Shown piece by piece: positions 6,901 to 16,684 of a stretch of DNA of 64,000 bases (positions are counted from its first letter, which is position 1; the number at the start of each line of letters is the position of its first letter). The stretch lies in contig JBFMAF010000010.1 in assembly GCA_040755995.1 (NCBI GenBank), forward strand, positions 160,001-224,000, in the 5' to 3' direction. The stretch is from Acidobacteriota bacterium (lineage in GTDB: Bacteria; Acidobacteriota; CAIWXX01). A model generated the notes under the pieces. That model was not told where the DNA came from and made no database searches. It was given only the letters and a program-made list of their open reading frames with translations. Both the position numbers and the translations under genes were made by a program.

Positions 6901-8459
6901 TCTCGATCTCCGACGGCTGCCGTGGTGTGCGGGCCTGTCTCGATGCCGCGCTGTTCGACCTGGACGGGCCTGGACACGGTCGCGCCGTAAAGCAACTGCC
7001 TGGTCGATGCGTGCATGCACCTGGTGAACATCGGTGAGTAGATGCCCATGAGGAAAATGCAGATGATCAGTGGCACGAGTGTGAGCGTCTCGCGGGGGTT
7101 CAGGTCGGGGTGTTTCGAATGCTTTTCCGGTGCTACTCCATAGAGCATGCGCTGGAGGGCCCAGAGCATGTAGACGGCGCTCAGGATGACCCCGGTCGAC
7201 GCGATCACCGCAAACACCGCGCGGCTCTTGAAGGTTCCCATCAGAATCAGGAACTCGCCGACGAACCCATTGGTACCCGGGAGTCCGATGGAGGAGAGCG
7301 CGACGATCAGGAAGAAGGCGGAGTACACGGGCATGACCTTCCAGAGTCCGCCAAGGGCCGCGATCTCGCGCGTGTGCGCGCGCTCGTAGATCACGCCGAC
7401 GATTATGAACAGCGCTCCGGTGGAGACGCCGTGGTTCAGCATCTGATAGATGGCCCCCTCGACCGCCTCCTGATTGAGAGCGAAGATGCCCAGAACGACG
7501 AAGCCGAGGTGTGCGACGGAGCTGTACGCAACCAGCTTCTTGATGTCCTTTTGAATCATGGCCATGAGCGATCCATAGATGATCCCGACAAGCGCCATGA
7601 TCATGATGAAACCTGCGTACTCGTGCGTCGCGTGCGGGAAGAGCGGAAGATTGAAGCGCAGCATGCCGTAGGTGCCCATCTTCAGCAGGATCCCTGCCAG
7701 CAGCACGCTGCCTGCGGTGGGAGCCTCGACGTGCGCATCGGGAAGCCACGTGTGGAACGGGAAGAGCGGCACTTTGATTGCAAACGCGAGGAAGAAGGCC
7801 CAGAAGAGCCAGATCTGCTCGGTCGAGCTAATGTCCAGCGCGTAGAGCCGCAGGATGGAGAACGTCCCATGCCCCTCTTGGGCGGCATACAACTGGTACA
7901 AGTAGATGATGCCCACGAGCATGAGCACGCTGCCGACGAGCGTGTAGATGAAGAACTTGATCGACGCGTAAATCCGTCTCGGCCCGCCCCAGATCCCGAT
8001 CAAGAAGTACATCGGGATCAGCATGCCCTCCCAGAACAGGTAGAACAGAAGCAGGTCCAGGGACACGAAGACGCCGATCATGCCCGTCTCGAGCAGCAGC
8101 ATCATGAAGAAATATTCCCTGACCCGTTCGGTGATCGCAGAGAAAGACGCGAGCACTGAGAGGACCATGAGGAAGGTCGTCAGCAGCACCAGGAACAGCG
8201 AGATGCCGTCGATTCCGAGATCGTAGCTCGTGTTCAGCTGCGGGATCCAGGTGCGGGACTCGCAGAACTGGAAGCCCGGGCGCGTCGGATCGAACCCGAA
8301 GTACAGTTTGAGCGACAGCAGGAAGTCCAGCAAGGTGACGGCGAATGCAAACAGGCGGATCTGTCGAAGGCTCTGGCGTGGGATCAGGATCAGAAGAAAG
8401 GCGCCGAGCAGGGGTACGAACGTGACGGCGGAGAGGAGCGATCCTTGCAGCATGCCCAT
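6897..8459 (-). CDS. nuoM: NADH-quinone oxidoreductase subunit M
   Basis: AIKVPLFPFHTWLPDAHVEAPTAGS, KKLVAYSSVAHLG. Confidence 0.96.
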   Translation of the reverse strand: MGMLQGSLLSAVTFVPLLGAFLLILIPRQSLRQIRLFAFAVTLLDFLLSLKLYFGFDPTRPGFQFCESRTWIPQLNTSYDLGIDGISLFLVLLTTFLMVLSVLASFSAITERVREYFFMMLLLETGMIGVFVSLDLLLFYLFWEGMLIPMYFLIGIWGGPRRIYASIKFFIYTLVGSVLMLVGIIYLYQLYAAQEGHGTFSILRLYALDISSTEQIWLFWAFFLAFAIKVPLFPFHTWLPDAHVEAPTAGSVLLAGILLKMGTYGMLRFNLPLFPHATHEYAGFIMIMALVGIIYGSLMAMIQKDIKKLVAYSSVAHLGFVVLGIFALNQEAVEGAIYQMLNHGVSTGALFIIVGVIYERAHTREIAALGGLWKVMPVYSAFFLIVALSSIGLPGTNGFVGEFLILMGTFKSRAVFAVIASTGVILSAVYMLWALQRMLYGVAPEKHSKHPDLNPRETLTLVPLIICIFLMGIYSPMFTRCMHASTRQLLYGATVSRPVQVEQRGIETGPHTTAAVGDRE

Positions 8460-10345
8460 CAGAACACCCAGATCGACAGCAGCAACACGGCGCCAACGAG
8501 CATTGCGGCGGCGTATGCCTTGAGGTTGCCGGTCTGTATCCTGGCGAGAACCCGGCCGGTCTCCATCGCGCCTGCGGCAATGGAGTCGAGCGTGTGATCG
8601 ATGACGCCCAGGTCGAAGGCCGTGTAGACGCGATCGGAGCCGTTCTTGAGCGGGTCGACGATCGCGGCGTCATACCCCTCGTCCACGAAGTACTTGTTGA
8701 GCAGCACCTTGTAGAGCCGCCGGAATCTCTCGGCAAGGCGCTTCGGCGTATCCGGCTCCTTGATGTAATAGTGGTACGCGAGAAGCCAGCCGATAGCCAT
8801 CACCGCCACAGCCGCGGCGGCCAGCACCTTCGGCAAGGCCCCGTGCACCGCGGCGTGCTCGACCTCGCGATGAGCCCAGATCGAACCGCTGATGAAATGC
8901 GGCAGCGAACTGTACACCCAACCCGCCGCGATACTTCCCAGCGCCAGCAGCATCAGCGGCGTCGTCATGCTCCGCGGCGACTCGTGCGGATGCACAGCAG
9001 GATCGACGCGGCTGACTCCGAAGAAAGTCATGTTCAGCAGCCTGAACATGTAGAAAGACGTCATGGCCGCCGTGCTAATCCCTATCGCCCAGAGCCAGAC
9101 GTTCGTCTCGAACGCCTTCTCGAGTATCAAGTCCTTGCTGTAGAAGCCCGAAAGCCAGGGAAAGCCGGTGATCGCCAGCGTTGCCACTGCGAAGGTCCAC
9201 GTGGTGATCTTGAGCTTCTTGCCCAGACCTCCCATCCTGCGTATGTCCTGCTCGCCGGACATCGCGTGAATCACGCTGCCGGCGCCCAGGAAAAGCAGCG
9301 CCTTGAAGAATGCATGGGTGTACAGATGGAATATCGCCGCGTCGAACGCAGCGACGCCGCAGGCAAGGAACATGTAGCCCAGCTGGCTCACCGTGGAATA
9401 GGCGAGCACGCGCTTGATATCGTTCTGGACCAGCCCGATCGACGCGGCGAAGAAGGCCGTCATCGCACCCACCCAGGCCACCACGAGCAGCACCCAGGTA
9501 GTCCTCGCGTACAGGTCACCCATTCGCGCGATCATGTAGACGCCCGAGGTCACCATCGTCGCGGCATGGATCAGGGCCGAGACGGGCGTCGGGCCTTCCA
9601 TCGCGTCGGGCAGCCAGACGTAAAGCGGAATCTGCGCGGACTTGCCGGTGGCACCTATGAACAGGCACAGTGCGATGAGGTTCAGCAGCAGGCTCCCTTG
9701 CGGCACCTCCTGCACCTGCGCCAGGATGGGCTGTATGTTCAATGTGCCGAAGTTCGCATAGAGCAGCATCATGCCGGCCAGGAAGCCTGCGTCTCCCACC
9801 CGGTTGACTACGAACGCTTTCTTGCCCGCGTCCGATGCCGACTTACGCTCGTACCAGAACCCGATCAGGAGGTACGAACACAGCCCGACGCCCTCCCAGC
9901 CGATGAACAGGACCACGAGGTTCGAACCAAGCACGAGCATCAGCATGGCGAACGTGAAGAGGTTCAAGTACGTGAAGTACCGGGAGTAGTCCCGGTCGTG
10001 ATGCATGTACCCGACCGAGTACACGTGGATCAAGAAGCCCACGCCGGTGACGACCAGGCACATGATCAGGGAGAGCGAATCGAGGCGGAAGGCGAGGTCG
10101 ATCTGCATGCCGCCTGAGTCGATGAATCTGAACAGCGGCGGTCCATCCAGCGGAAGCGCGTGGAACCCGGGCAGCTGCACACCCAGCGTCATCAGCAGGT
10201 ACCCGACCGTGATCAGGAACGAGCCGAACACCGAGAGACACGCCAGCAGCGAGATCGCGGGCCGCGGCATCCTGAGGCCGAGCAGCGCGAGGATCAGTGC
10301 CGAGGCCGCGGGAAATAGCGGGATCAGCGCAACGTATTCGCTCAT
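8459..10345 (-). CDS. nuoL: NADH-quinone oxidoreductase subunit L
   Basis: GKSAQIPLYVWLPDAMEGPTPVSALIHAATMV, HAFFKALLFL. Confidence 0.96.
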   Translation of the reverse strand: MSEYVALIPLFPAASALILALLGLRMPRPAISLLACLSVFGSFLITVGYLLMTLGVQLPGFHALPLDGPPLFRFIDSGGMQIDLAFRLDSLSLIMCLVVTGVGFLIHVYSVGYMHHDRDYSRYFTYLNLFTFAMLMLVLGSNLVVLFIGWEGVGLCSYLLIGFWYERKSASDAGKKAFVVNRVGDAGFLAGMMLLYANFGTLNIQPILAQVQEVPQGSLLLNLIALCLFIGATGKSAQIPLYVWLPDAMEGPTPVSALIHAATMVTSGVYMIARMGDLYARTTWVLLVVAWVGAMTAFFAASIGLVQNDIKRVLAYSTVSQLGYMFLACGVAAFDAAIFHLYTHAFFKALLFLGAGSVIHAMSGEQDIRRMGGLGKKLKITTWTFAVATLAITGFPWLSGFYSKDLILEKAFETNVWLWAIGISTAAMTSFYMFRLLNMTFFGVSRVDPAVHPHESPRSMTTPLMLLALGSIAAGWVYSSLPHFISGSIWAHREVEHAAVHGALPKVLAAAAVAVMAIGWLLAYHYYIKEPDTPKRLAERFRRLYKVLLNKYFVDEGYDAAIVDPLKNGSDRVYTAFDLGVIDHTLDSIAAGAMETGRVLARIQTGNLKAYAAAMLVGAVLLLSIWVF

Positions 10346-10367
10346 GAGTATCTCAATTGACCGGCCA

Positions 10368-10670
10368 CTAGCCTTTCATCAGGTCCACCCGCTCGCTGTC
10401 CAGGTTCTCCTTGTGGTGGAAAAGGGCGATCATGATGGCGAGCCCAACGGCGGCTTCGGCCGCCGCCACGGTGATGACGAAGAACACGATGATCTGTCCC
10501 GCCACGTCGCCGAGCGATCGCGAGAATGCGATGAGGGCCAGGTTTGCGCCGTTGAGCTGCAGCTCGACGCACATGAAGAGCGTGATGAGATCCCGCCTGA
10601 AGAACACTCCGACGACACCGATCGTGAACAGAACGGCGCTCAGAATCAGGTACCAGTTCAGCGGGATCAT
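10368..10670 (-). CDS. nuoK: NADH-quinone oxidoreductase subunit K
   Basis: 100 aa; CVELQLN, VAAAEAAVGLAI. Confidence 0.95.
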   Translation of the reverse strand: MIPLNWYLILSAVLFTIGVVGVFFRRDLITLFMCVELQLNGANLALIAFSRSLGDVAGQIIVFFVITVAAAEAAVGLAIMIALFHHKENLDSERVDLMKG

Positions 10671-11158
10671 AGCTTCTTCTTCGCGAGCATCACCGCGCCC
10701 ACGATCGCGGCCAGTATCAGCACGGAGCTCAGCTCGAACGGGTAGATGTAGTGTGTGAAGAGCTGCGTCCCGATCTCCTCCACCGTCGTCTCCGGCGCCC
10801 GCGAAGCGGCCACCTGTCCCGCCGGGCTCCTTAGCGCCACTACCAGCTCGATGAATAGCATCAGTCCGAAAGCCACTGCGAACGGCAGGACTCGGGGCCT
10901 CTTCTGCGGTTGCTCTCGGGCCGTGAGGTTCAGCAGCATGATGACGAACAGGAAGAGGACCATGATCGCCCCGGCGTATACGATGACCTGGATCGCCGCT
11001 ATGAACGGCGATCCCAGGAGAACGTAGAGTCCCGCAAGAGCGAAGAAGGCCAGCACCAGGCAGAGGCAGCTGTTCACCGCGTTGCGCTGGAATAGCATGG
11101 CCACGGCCGAGGCGACGGCGATGGCGGCCAACAGAAAGAAGGCGGCTATCGCGATCAC
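10667..11158 (-). CDS. nuoJ: NADH-quinone oxidoreductase subunit J
   Basis: QVIVYAGAIMVLFLFVIMLLN, PFELSSVLIL; GTG start overlaps nuoH stop. Confidence 0.93.
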   Translation of the reverse strand: MIAIAAFFLLAAIAVASAVAMLFQRNAVNSCLCLVLAFFALAGLYVLLGSPFIAAIQVIVYAGAIMVLFLFVIMLLNLTAREQPQKRPRVLPFAVAFGLMLFIELVVALRSPAGQVAASRAPETTVEEIGTQLFTHYIYPFELSSVLILAAIVGAVMLAKKKL

Positions 11159-12213
11159 GCGGCCCTCAGCGAGATCCAGACGGCGGTGGCGAGGATATTG
11201 GCCATGGAGAGCGGGAACAAGAACTTCCATCCAAAGGCCATGAGCTGGTCATATCGAAGACGAGGCAGAGTAGCACGGAGCCACACGTACACGAAGAGCA
11301 GAAAGAGCACCTTCACAACGAACCATCCGAGGCCCACGATCCAGCCGTAGGATGTGCCTGGCGATGCACCCCAGCCGTTCCAGCCGCCGAGGAACAGCGT
11401 CGTGGCCAGGCATGATACACCGATCATATTGATGTATTCGCTCATGAAGAACATCGCGAACTTCATGGAGCTGTACTCGGTGTGGAAGCCGGCCACCAGC
11501 TCCTGCTCGGCCTCGGGGAAATCGAAAGGAGCGCGATTGGTTTCCGCCACGCCGCAGATGAAGTAGAGCAGGAATGCCAGAAACCCCATCGGAGCCTGAA
11601 AGATGAACCACCGCGGGACGAATCCCGCAAAATACCCGGACTGGGCGCTGACGATCGAGTTGAGGCTGAGCGACCCAGCCAGCATCAACACCGCCACAGT
11701 CGATAGGCCGAGGCTGAGCTCGTAACTCGCCATCTGCGCCGTAGACCGCAGCGCTCCGAGCAGCGCGTACTTGCTGTTGCTGCTCCACCCCGCCAGCACA
11801 ATGCCGTACACACCCATGGCCGTAGCCGAGAAGACGATCAGCAGGCCGATGTTCAAGTCGGTGAGCTGCAACGAAAGCGGGGTCTTCACCAAACCGAAGA
11901 GGGTGGTGTCGGGCCCGAACGGGATGACCGAGAACCCAAGGAATGCCGTCGTGATTCCAATGAGCGGCGCGATATAGTAGATGACCTTGTCGGCCTGCGG
12001 CGGCACGAAGTCCTCTTTGAACATCAGCTTGATGGCATCGGCAAAGGGCTGCAGTATTCCGTGCGGCCCCACGTACATCGGCCCGAGCCTGCTCTGGAAG
12101 TGCGCCACCGCCTTGCGCTCGAACCACACCATGAACGGAACACCAGTCATGACCACTGCGAAGACTGCCACGCACTTGACCGCGATGAGGAGAAACTCAA
12201 GAAAGCCCGTCAC
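11155..12213 (-). CDS. nuoH: NADH-quinone oxidoreductase subunit H
   Basis: ERK…RLGP…GILQPFADAIKL, AETNRAPFDFPEAEQELVAGF. Confidence 0.96.
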   Translation of the reverse strand: MTGFLEFLLIAVKCVAVFAVVMTGVPFMVWFERKAVAHFQSRLGPMYVGPHGILQPFADAIKLMFKEDFVPPQADKVIYYIAPLIGITTAFLGFSVIPFGPDTTLFGLVKTPLSLQLTDLNIGLLIVFSATAMGVYGIVLAGWSSNSKYALLGALRSTAQMASYELSLGLSTVAVLMLAGSLSLNSIVSAQSGYFAGFVPRWFIFQAPMGFLAFLLYFICGVAETNRAPFDFPEAEQELVAGFHTEYSSMKFAMFFMSEYINMIGVSCLATTLFLGGWNGWGASPGTSYGWIVGLGWFVVKVLFLLFVYVWLRATLPRLRYDQLMAFGWKFLFPLSMANILATAVWISLRAA

Positions 12214-12713
12214 GCCTTCGCCTCGCCTTGACTCTCAGCCTGCGCCCTCAATTCCTCGATCAGCCGATCGAGCTTCTCGATGTCCAGTCCCTCGTTGTAC
12301 GCTTCCTGATTGACCTGGATGACAGGTGCGGTCCCGCAGGAACCGAGGCATTCTACGGTGGAGAGGGTGAAATGTCCATCAGGCGTCGTCTCGCCTGGCT
12401 TGATACCCAGCCTGTTCTTGAGATGCTCCAGAAGCCGCTCGCCTCCCAGCAGCATACAGCTCACATTCGTGCACAACTGAAGGTGAAAGCGCCCGGCGGG
12501 CTTGAGCCTGAACATCGTGTAAAACGTGATGACCGCGTAAACCTCCACCGGCTCTACGCCCAGCAGGGCCGCGATCCACCGAATCGCCTCCTTGGTGATG
12601 TGCCCCTCCTGCTTCTGCACCAGATACAGCGTCGGGAGAAGCGCCGCGCGCTTCTGCGGATAGCGGCCGAGAATTCTGTCGAATTCCCTCTGGTTCTCAG
12701 CAGTGAATTGCAT
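12210..12713 (-). CDS. nuoE: NADH-quinone oxidoreductase subunit E (2Fe-2S)
   Basis: RYPQKRAALLP, TFYTMF, CTNVSC, VECLGSC. Confidence 0.93.
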   Translation of the reverse strand: MQFTAENQREFDRILGRYPQKRAALLPTLYLVQKQEGHITKEAIRWIAALLGVEPVEVYAVITFYTMFRLKPAGRFHLQLCTNVSCMLLGGERLLEHLKNRLGIKPGETTPDGHFTLSTVECLGSCGTAPVIQVNQEAYNEGLDIEKLDRLIEELRAQAESQGEAKA

Positions 12714-12746
12714 CTAGTAGTGCAGGGGTCCTTTCTCCCGAAAAAA

Positions 12747-13928
12747 TCAGCGGTCGATTTCACCCAGAACGATATCGAGGCTGCCGATGACGGCGACGAG
12801 GTCGGCCAGCATCGCCCCCTCGGCCATCTTCGACAGAGCCTGGAGGTTCACGAAGCTCGGGGGCCGGATGCGGCATCGGAACGGCTTCGCCGTTCCGTCG
12901 GATACGAGGTAGAACCCGATCTCTCCCTTGGGCGCCTCGACGGGCACGTACGCCTCGCCGGCAGGCGGCCTGACCCCGTTGCAGACGATGAGGAAGTGGT
13001 GGATCAGCGCCTCCATGCTGGTGTGCAGTGTGTTCCTGGGCGGCAGGACGACCTTCGGAGCGTCGGCGATGTATGCGCCGGAAGGGAGCTTCGCGAGCGT
13101 CTGCTCGACGATTCGCACGCTCTGCCGGATTTCGGCGATGCGCACCCGATACCGATCGTACACGTCGCCGTTGGCGCCTACCGGCACTTCGAAGTCGTAC
13201 TGCTCGTACCCGCTATACGGATTGGTCTTTCGGATATCCCACCCGACACCGCTCGCGCGCAGCGCCGGCCCGGAGAGGCCCAGGTTCATCGCGTCGGCCG
13301 CGGAGATCCGGCCGACGCCCACGGTGCGATTCAACCAGATCTTGTTGCGGGTCAGCAGGGTCTCGTACTCGTCCACTCTGGGCTTGAAATAGTCTATGAA
13401 GTCCTTCACGCGTTTGGTGAAGTCTGCTGGTATGTCGGCGGCAAGTCCTCCGATTCTGAAGTACGACACCGTCAGGCGCGCGCCGCAGACCTGTTCGAAG
13501 AGGTCCATGATCACCTCGCGCTCGCGGAAGCAGTACAGCAGCATGGACATCGCGCCGATGTCGATCGCGTGTGTGCCGAGCCAGACCAGGTGGGACGCGA
13601 TGCGCTGGAGCTCGGTCAACATCACGCGGACTGTTTGCGCCCGCGGCGGCACGTCGACACCAACCAGCTTTTCGGTCGACAGCATGAAGGCCAGGTTGTT
13701 GCTCATGGGCGCCAGGTAGTCGAGCCTGTCGGTCATGGTCATGGCCTGGATGTAGGTCTTGTTCTCCGCGGTCTTCTCTATGCCCGTATGGAGGTATCCG
13801 ATGTGCGGTGTCGCTCTCACGATCCGCTCGCCGTCAAGCTCCAGCACGATCCTCAACACGCCGTGGGTGGACGGGTGCTGCGGGCCCATGTTGACGGTCA
13901 TGGTTTCGGTGCGAATCAGGTCAGGCAT
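12747..13928 (-). CDS. nuoD: NADH-quinone oxidoreductase subunit D
   Basis: NMGPQHPSTHGVLR, GYLHTGIEK, DIVLGEIDR; lacks NiFe CxxC motifs. Confidence 0.97.
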   Translation of the reverse strand: MPDLIRTETMTVNMGPQHPSTHGVLRIVLELDGERIVRATPHIGYLHTGIEKTAENKTYIQAMTMTDRLDYLAPMSNNLAFMLSTEKLVGVDVPPRAQTVRVMLTELQRIASHLVWLGTHAIDIGAMSMLLYCFREREVIMDLFEQVCGARLTVSYFRIGGLAADIPADFTKRVKDFIDYFKPRVDEYETLLTRNKIWLNRTVGVGRISAADAMNLGLSGPALRASGVGWDIRKTNPYSGYEQYDFEVPVGANGDVYDRYRVRIAEIRQSVRIVEQTLAKLPSGAYIADAPKVVLPPRNTLHTSMEALIHHFLIVCNGVRPPAGEAYVPVEAPKGEIGFYLVSDGTAKPFRCRIRPPSFVNLQALSKMAEGAMLADLVAVIGSLDIVLGEIDR

Positions 13929-13935
13929 GGGCGCA

Positions 13936-14460
13936 TCAGAAAGGCGGGCCGCCTTCTTCCTTCGGCGTTTGATGGACGTCTTCGAAGAACCCCCGTTCAG
14001 GTTGGTACCCGAGCGGGAAGTCCTTCCGCAGCGGGTGCCCCTCGAAGCCGTCGTACATGAGTATCCTGCGCAAGTCCGGATGGCCGTCCGCCTTGAGGCC
14101 GAACATGTCGAACACCTCGCGCTCGTGCCAGTTGGCGGTCGCGAAGACGCCGGTTGCGGTCGGGTACGACTCGCCGTCCGCCAGCCTCAGGACCAGCAGC
14201 ACGCGCTCGCCGGACTGCACGCACGTGAGGTTGTATACGATCTCGAAGCGCGGCTCTCGCGGGTGGAAGTCGATCGCGAAGAGGTCCGACAGGAATTCGA
14301 ATCCGCACTCACGGGCTGCGCCAAGGAGCTCCACCAGCTTTTCCTTCCTCACTGCATACGCTTCGAAGGCCTTTCCTGCGACGGGCTGCAGTTCGGCGGC
14401 GAGCTCCGCTCCAACGCGTGCTGCGAGCCGGTCTCGGAAGGAGGTGGTCTTCTCGCTCAT
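13936..14460 (-). CDS. nuoC: NADH-quinone oxidoreductase subunit C
   Basis: [13 protein letters not shown]…[10 protein letters not shown]…[10 protein letters not shown]; start MSEKTT at 14460. Confidence 0.95.
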   Translation of the reverse strand: MSEKTTSFRDRLAARVGAELAAELQPVAGKAFEAYAVRKEKLVELLGAARECGFEFLSDLFAIDFHPREPRFEIVYNLTCVQSGERVLLVLRLADGESYPTATGVFATANWHEREVFDMFGLKADGHPDLRRILMYDGFEGHPLRKDFPLGYQPERGFFEDVHQTPKEEGGPPF

Positions 14461-14954
14461 GCGACGAGTTTGCCCTTCGACTTGAGGATCTTCTCCTGGA
14501 GTCTGAATATGCCGTCCAGCAGCTGTTCCGGGCGCGGGGGGCAGCCCGGCACGTACACATCCACCGGAACGACGCGGTCGACGCCCTGGACTATGGCGTA
14601 GTTGTTGAATATTCCCCCGCACGAGGCGCACGCGCCCATCGAGATCACCCATTTCGGCTCGGACATCTGGTCATAGATCTGTCGCAGCACCGGAGCCATC
14701 TTCTGCGAGACGCGCCCCGCGACGATCATGAGATCCGCCTGGCGGGGCGAGGCCCGGAACACCTCCGAGCCGAAGCGTGCGATATCGAACCGGCCTGCGC
14801 CAGTGGCCATCATTTCGATCGCGCAGCAGGCCAATCCGAAAGTGACGGGCCATATCGAGCTCTTTCGGGCCCAGTTGATCACCTTGTCGGCTGATGTAAG
14901 CAGAACCTGGTCCTTGACCTCCTCAGCCAACTTATTCAAATCTCGTTCTTTCAT
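14457..14954 (-). CDS. nuoB: NADH-quinone oxidoreductase subunit B
   Basis: [34 protein letters not shown]. Confidence 0.97.
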   Translation of the reverse strand: MKERDLNKLAEEVKDQVLLTSADKVINWARKSSIWPVTFGLACCAIEMMATGAGRFDIARFGSEVFRASPRQADLMIVAGRVSQKMAPVLRQIYDQMSEPKWVISMGACASCGGIFNNYAIVQGVDRVVPVDVYVPGCPPRPEQLLDGIFRLQEKILKSKGKLVA

Positions 14955-15022
14955 TTCAACACTCTCCCGGGCGCAGCCCGGGACCGACTTTGTACTTCAT
15001 ATTTCAGACTTCACGCTTCTCG

Positions 15023-15394
15023 TCAGTCCCAGTTGAGTGCACCCTTCTTCCACACATAGAGGAAGCCGGTGAACACGATTCCCAGGTAGATAGCCATCTC
15101 CACGAAGACGAACAGGCCCAATGATGGCAGCCTGGCCATATCGGAGTAGATGACCGCCCAGGGATAGATGAAGACGGCCTCCATGTCGAAGAGTATGAAA
15201 AGCATTGTGATCAGGTAGAACTTCACCGAGAAGCGCAGCCGGGCGTCCCCCACCGGTTCCATGCCGCACTCGTATGGCATGTCCTTGCGGGAGGATCGCA
15301 CGCGCGGGCCGAAGAAGTTCGAAATCAGGATCGTGACCGTCCCGAAACCCAGCGCGATCGCGAACAGGACAACGAATGGTACCCAGGGACTCAT
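15023..15394 (-). CDS. nuoA: NADH-quinone oxidoreductase subunit A
   Basis: PYECG, FILFDMEAVFIYPWA, WKKGALNWD. Confidence 0.96.
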   Translation of the reverse strand: MSPWVPFVVLFAIALGFGTVTILISNFFGPRVRSSRKDMPYECGMEPVGDARLRFSVKFYLITMLFILFDMEAVFIYPWAVIYSDMARLPSLGLFVFVEMAIYLGIVFTGFLYVWKKGALNWD

Positions 15395-15583
15395 GACCTC
15401 TCCCGAATCAAGGACTTCTCCGGCGCATGCGTTTCGTCACAAAGACGCGCATTATACAACGGCTGTCCAGTCGTGAGATACACACCCGATTCCGCGGCAA
15501 ACCGGACGGCACTTTCCTTGCAGCGATGAACGTGGTTAGCTCTGCGCTGACAGTCCTGTTCACGTTCAGACGCCCTCCGGTCT

Positions 15584-16117
15584 TCAGAAGTCGATGCCGA
15601 TCTCGGCTGTGCGCCCCTGTCTGAAGGGGTGCTTGATCTCTCGCATTTCGGTGACGAGATCGGCGCGTTCCGTCACCGACTGGGGGCAGCCGCGGCCGGT
15701 GAGGACCAGATGGAGCGCCTCGGGGCGCTTGTCGAGCAGCCTCAGGATCTGCTCCTCCGTGATCAGCCCAAGCGTGCGTGCCACGAAGACCTCGTCGAGG
15801 ATCAGCACATCCTGCTGGCCCTTGGTCATGATCTGTTCGATGTCTTCCAGCGCCTTGGCGGCGGCCTTGCGGTGCTCCTCCATCGGCAGCTTGTCGTCGA
15901 TGATGCCTACGAACCCCCGGCCAGCCGGCCGCAGCTCGAACTCCGGCTTCAGCCTCTCGGCGCTCGTCAGCTCTCCGTACCGCCAGCTCCCTTTGACGAA
16001 TTGGATCATCGTCACCTTGAAGCCGTAGCCCACGGCGCGGAGCGACATGCCGAGGGCGGCGGTGGTCTTTCCTTTGCCGTCGCCGGTGAAGACGACGACC
16101 ATTCCCTTGCGGCTCAA
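15584..16117 (-). CDS. cobO: Cob(I)yrinic acid a,c-diamide adenosyltransferase (CobO/BtuR family)
   Basis: VFTGDGKGKTTAALG, QFVKG, ILDE, VLTGR, ADLVTEMREIKHPF; TTG start overlaps TlpA stop. Confidence 0.9.
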   Translation of the reverse strand: MSRKGMVVVFTGDGKGKTTAALGMSLRAVGYGFKVTMIQFVKGSWRYGELTSAERLKPEFELRPAGRGFVGIIDDKLPMEEHRKAAAKALEDIEQIMTKGQQDVLILDEVFVARTLGLITEEQILRLLDKRPEALHLVLTGRGCPQSVTERADLVTEMREIKHPFRQGRTAEIGIDF

Positions 16118-16650
16118 CAGGGCTCCTTCAACAGCGGCAGTACGGCCTCTTCGAACTCTGCTCTCGATCTCATCCCAAAGAGCTTGCCGACGACCTGGCC
16201 CTTGCGGTTCAAGACGATTGTCATGGGGATGCCCGGTTCGGTGTAGAACTGATCGCGAACGCTGTCGGCCAGAAAGACCGGGTAGTTGATGCCGAAGGAG
16301 TGTACGTAGGGTGTGACTTGACCTGCGGTGCCGGAGTCGACTGTGAAGCCGAGCACCTCGAGCCCCTGCCCCCTGTACTCTGTGTAGAGCGACGCGAGAT
16401 CGGGGATCTCGGCCTTGCACGGCCCGCACCAGGTCGCCCAGAAATTGATCAGCACCACCTTGCATCGCGTGGTAGAAAGGTCGAACTCATTGCCGCGAAG
16501 ATCCTTGAGCTTGACCGCCGGCGCCTGTGATGCGGCCGTCGCGGTCACCTGGTCAGTCCTGTCGGAACTGCAGGACATCGCGCCCAGCGAAAAAGCGATC
16601 AGTGCCACCAGGCAGGCGGCGGTCACGCGGCGCCCGGCGCTTGTCGCCAT
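16114..16650 (-). CDS. TlpA/ResA-family thiol-disulfide reductase (probable lipoprotein)
   Basis: INFWATWCGPCKAEIP; hydrophobic N-terminus ending GAMSC. Confidence 0.92.
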   Translation of the reverse strand: MATSAGRRVTAACLVALIAFSLGAMSCSSDRTDQVTATAASQAPAVKLKDLRGNEFDLSTTRCKVVLINFWATWCGPCKAEIPDLASLYTEYRGQGLEVLGFTVDSGTAGQVTPYVHSFGINYPVFLADSVRDQFYTEPGIPMTIVLNRKGQVVGKLFGMRSRAEFEEAVLPLLKEPC

Positions 16651-16684
16651 TGGGCCGCCGCCTACGGATCGCACTCGAGTCTCG

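Noticed and set aside
12747..13928. Group 4 NiFe hydrogenase large subunit
   Set aside because: No CxxC Ni-binding motifs; the termini match NuoD.
5182..14601. Long plus-strand ORFs opposite the nuo genes (e.g. 12228-14060, 8594-10117) and the 773-aa extension of nuoN
   Set aside because: Shadow ORFs with no motifs; the minus-strand nuo genes account for the sequence.
15494..15530. c-di-GMP-I riboswitch (GGCAAACC seed)
   Set aside because: The downstream GNRA stem and GACGCAAAG-type elements are missing, and the orientation is opposite to nuoA.
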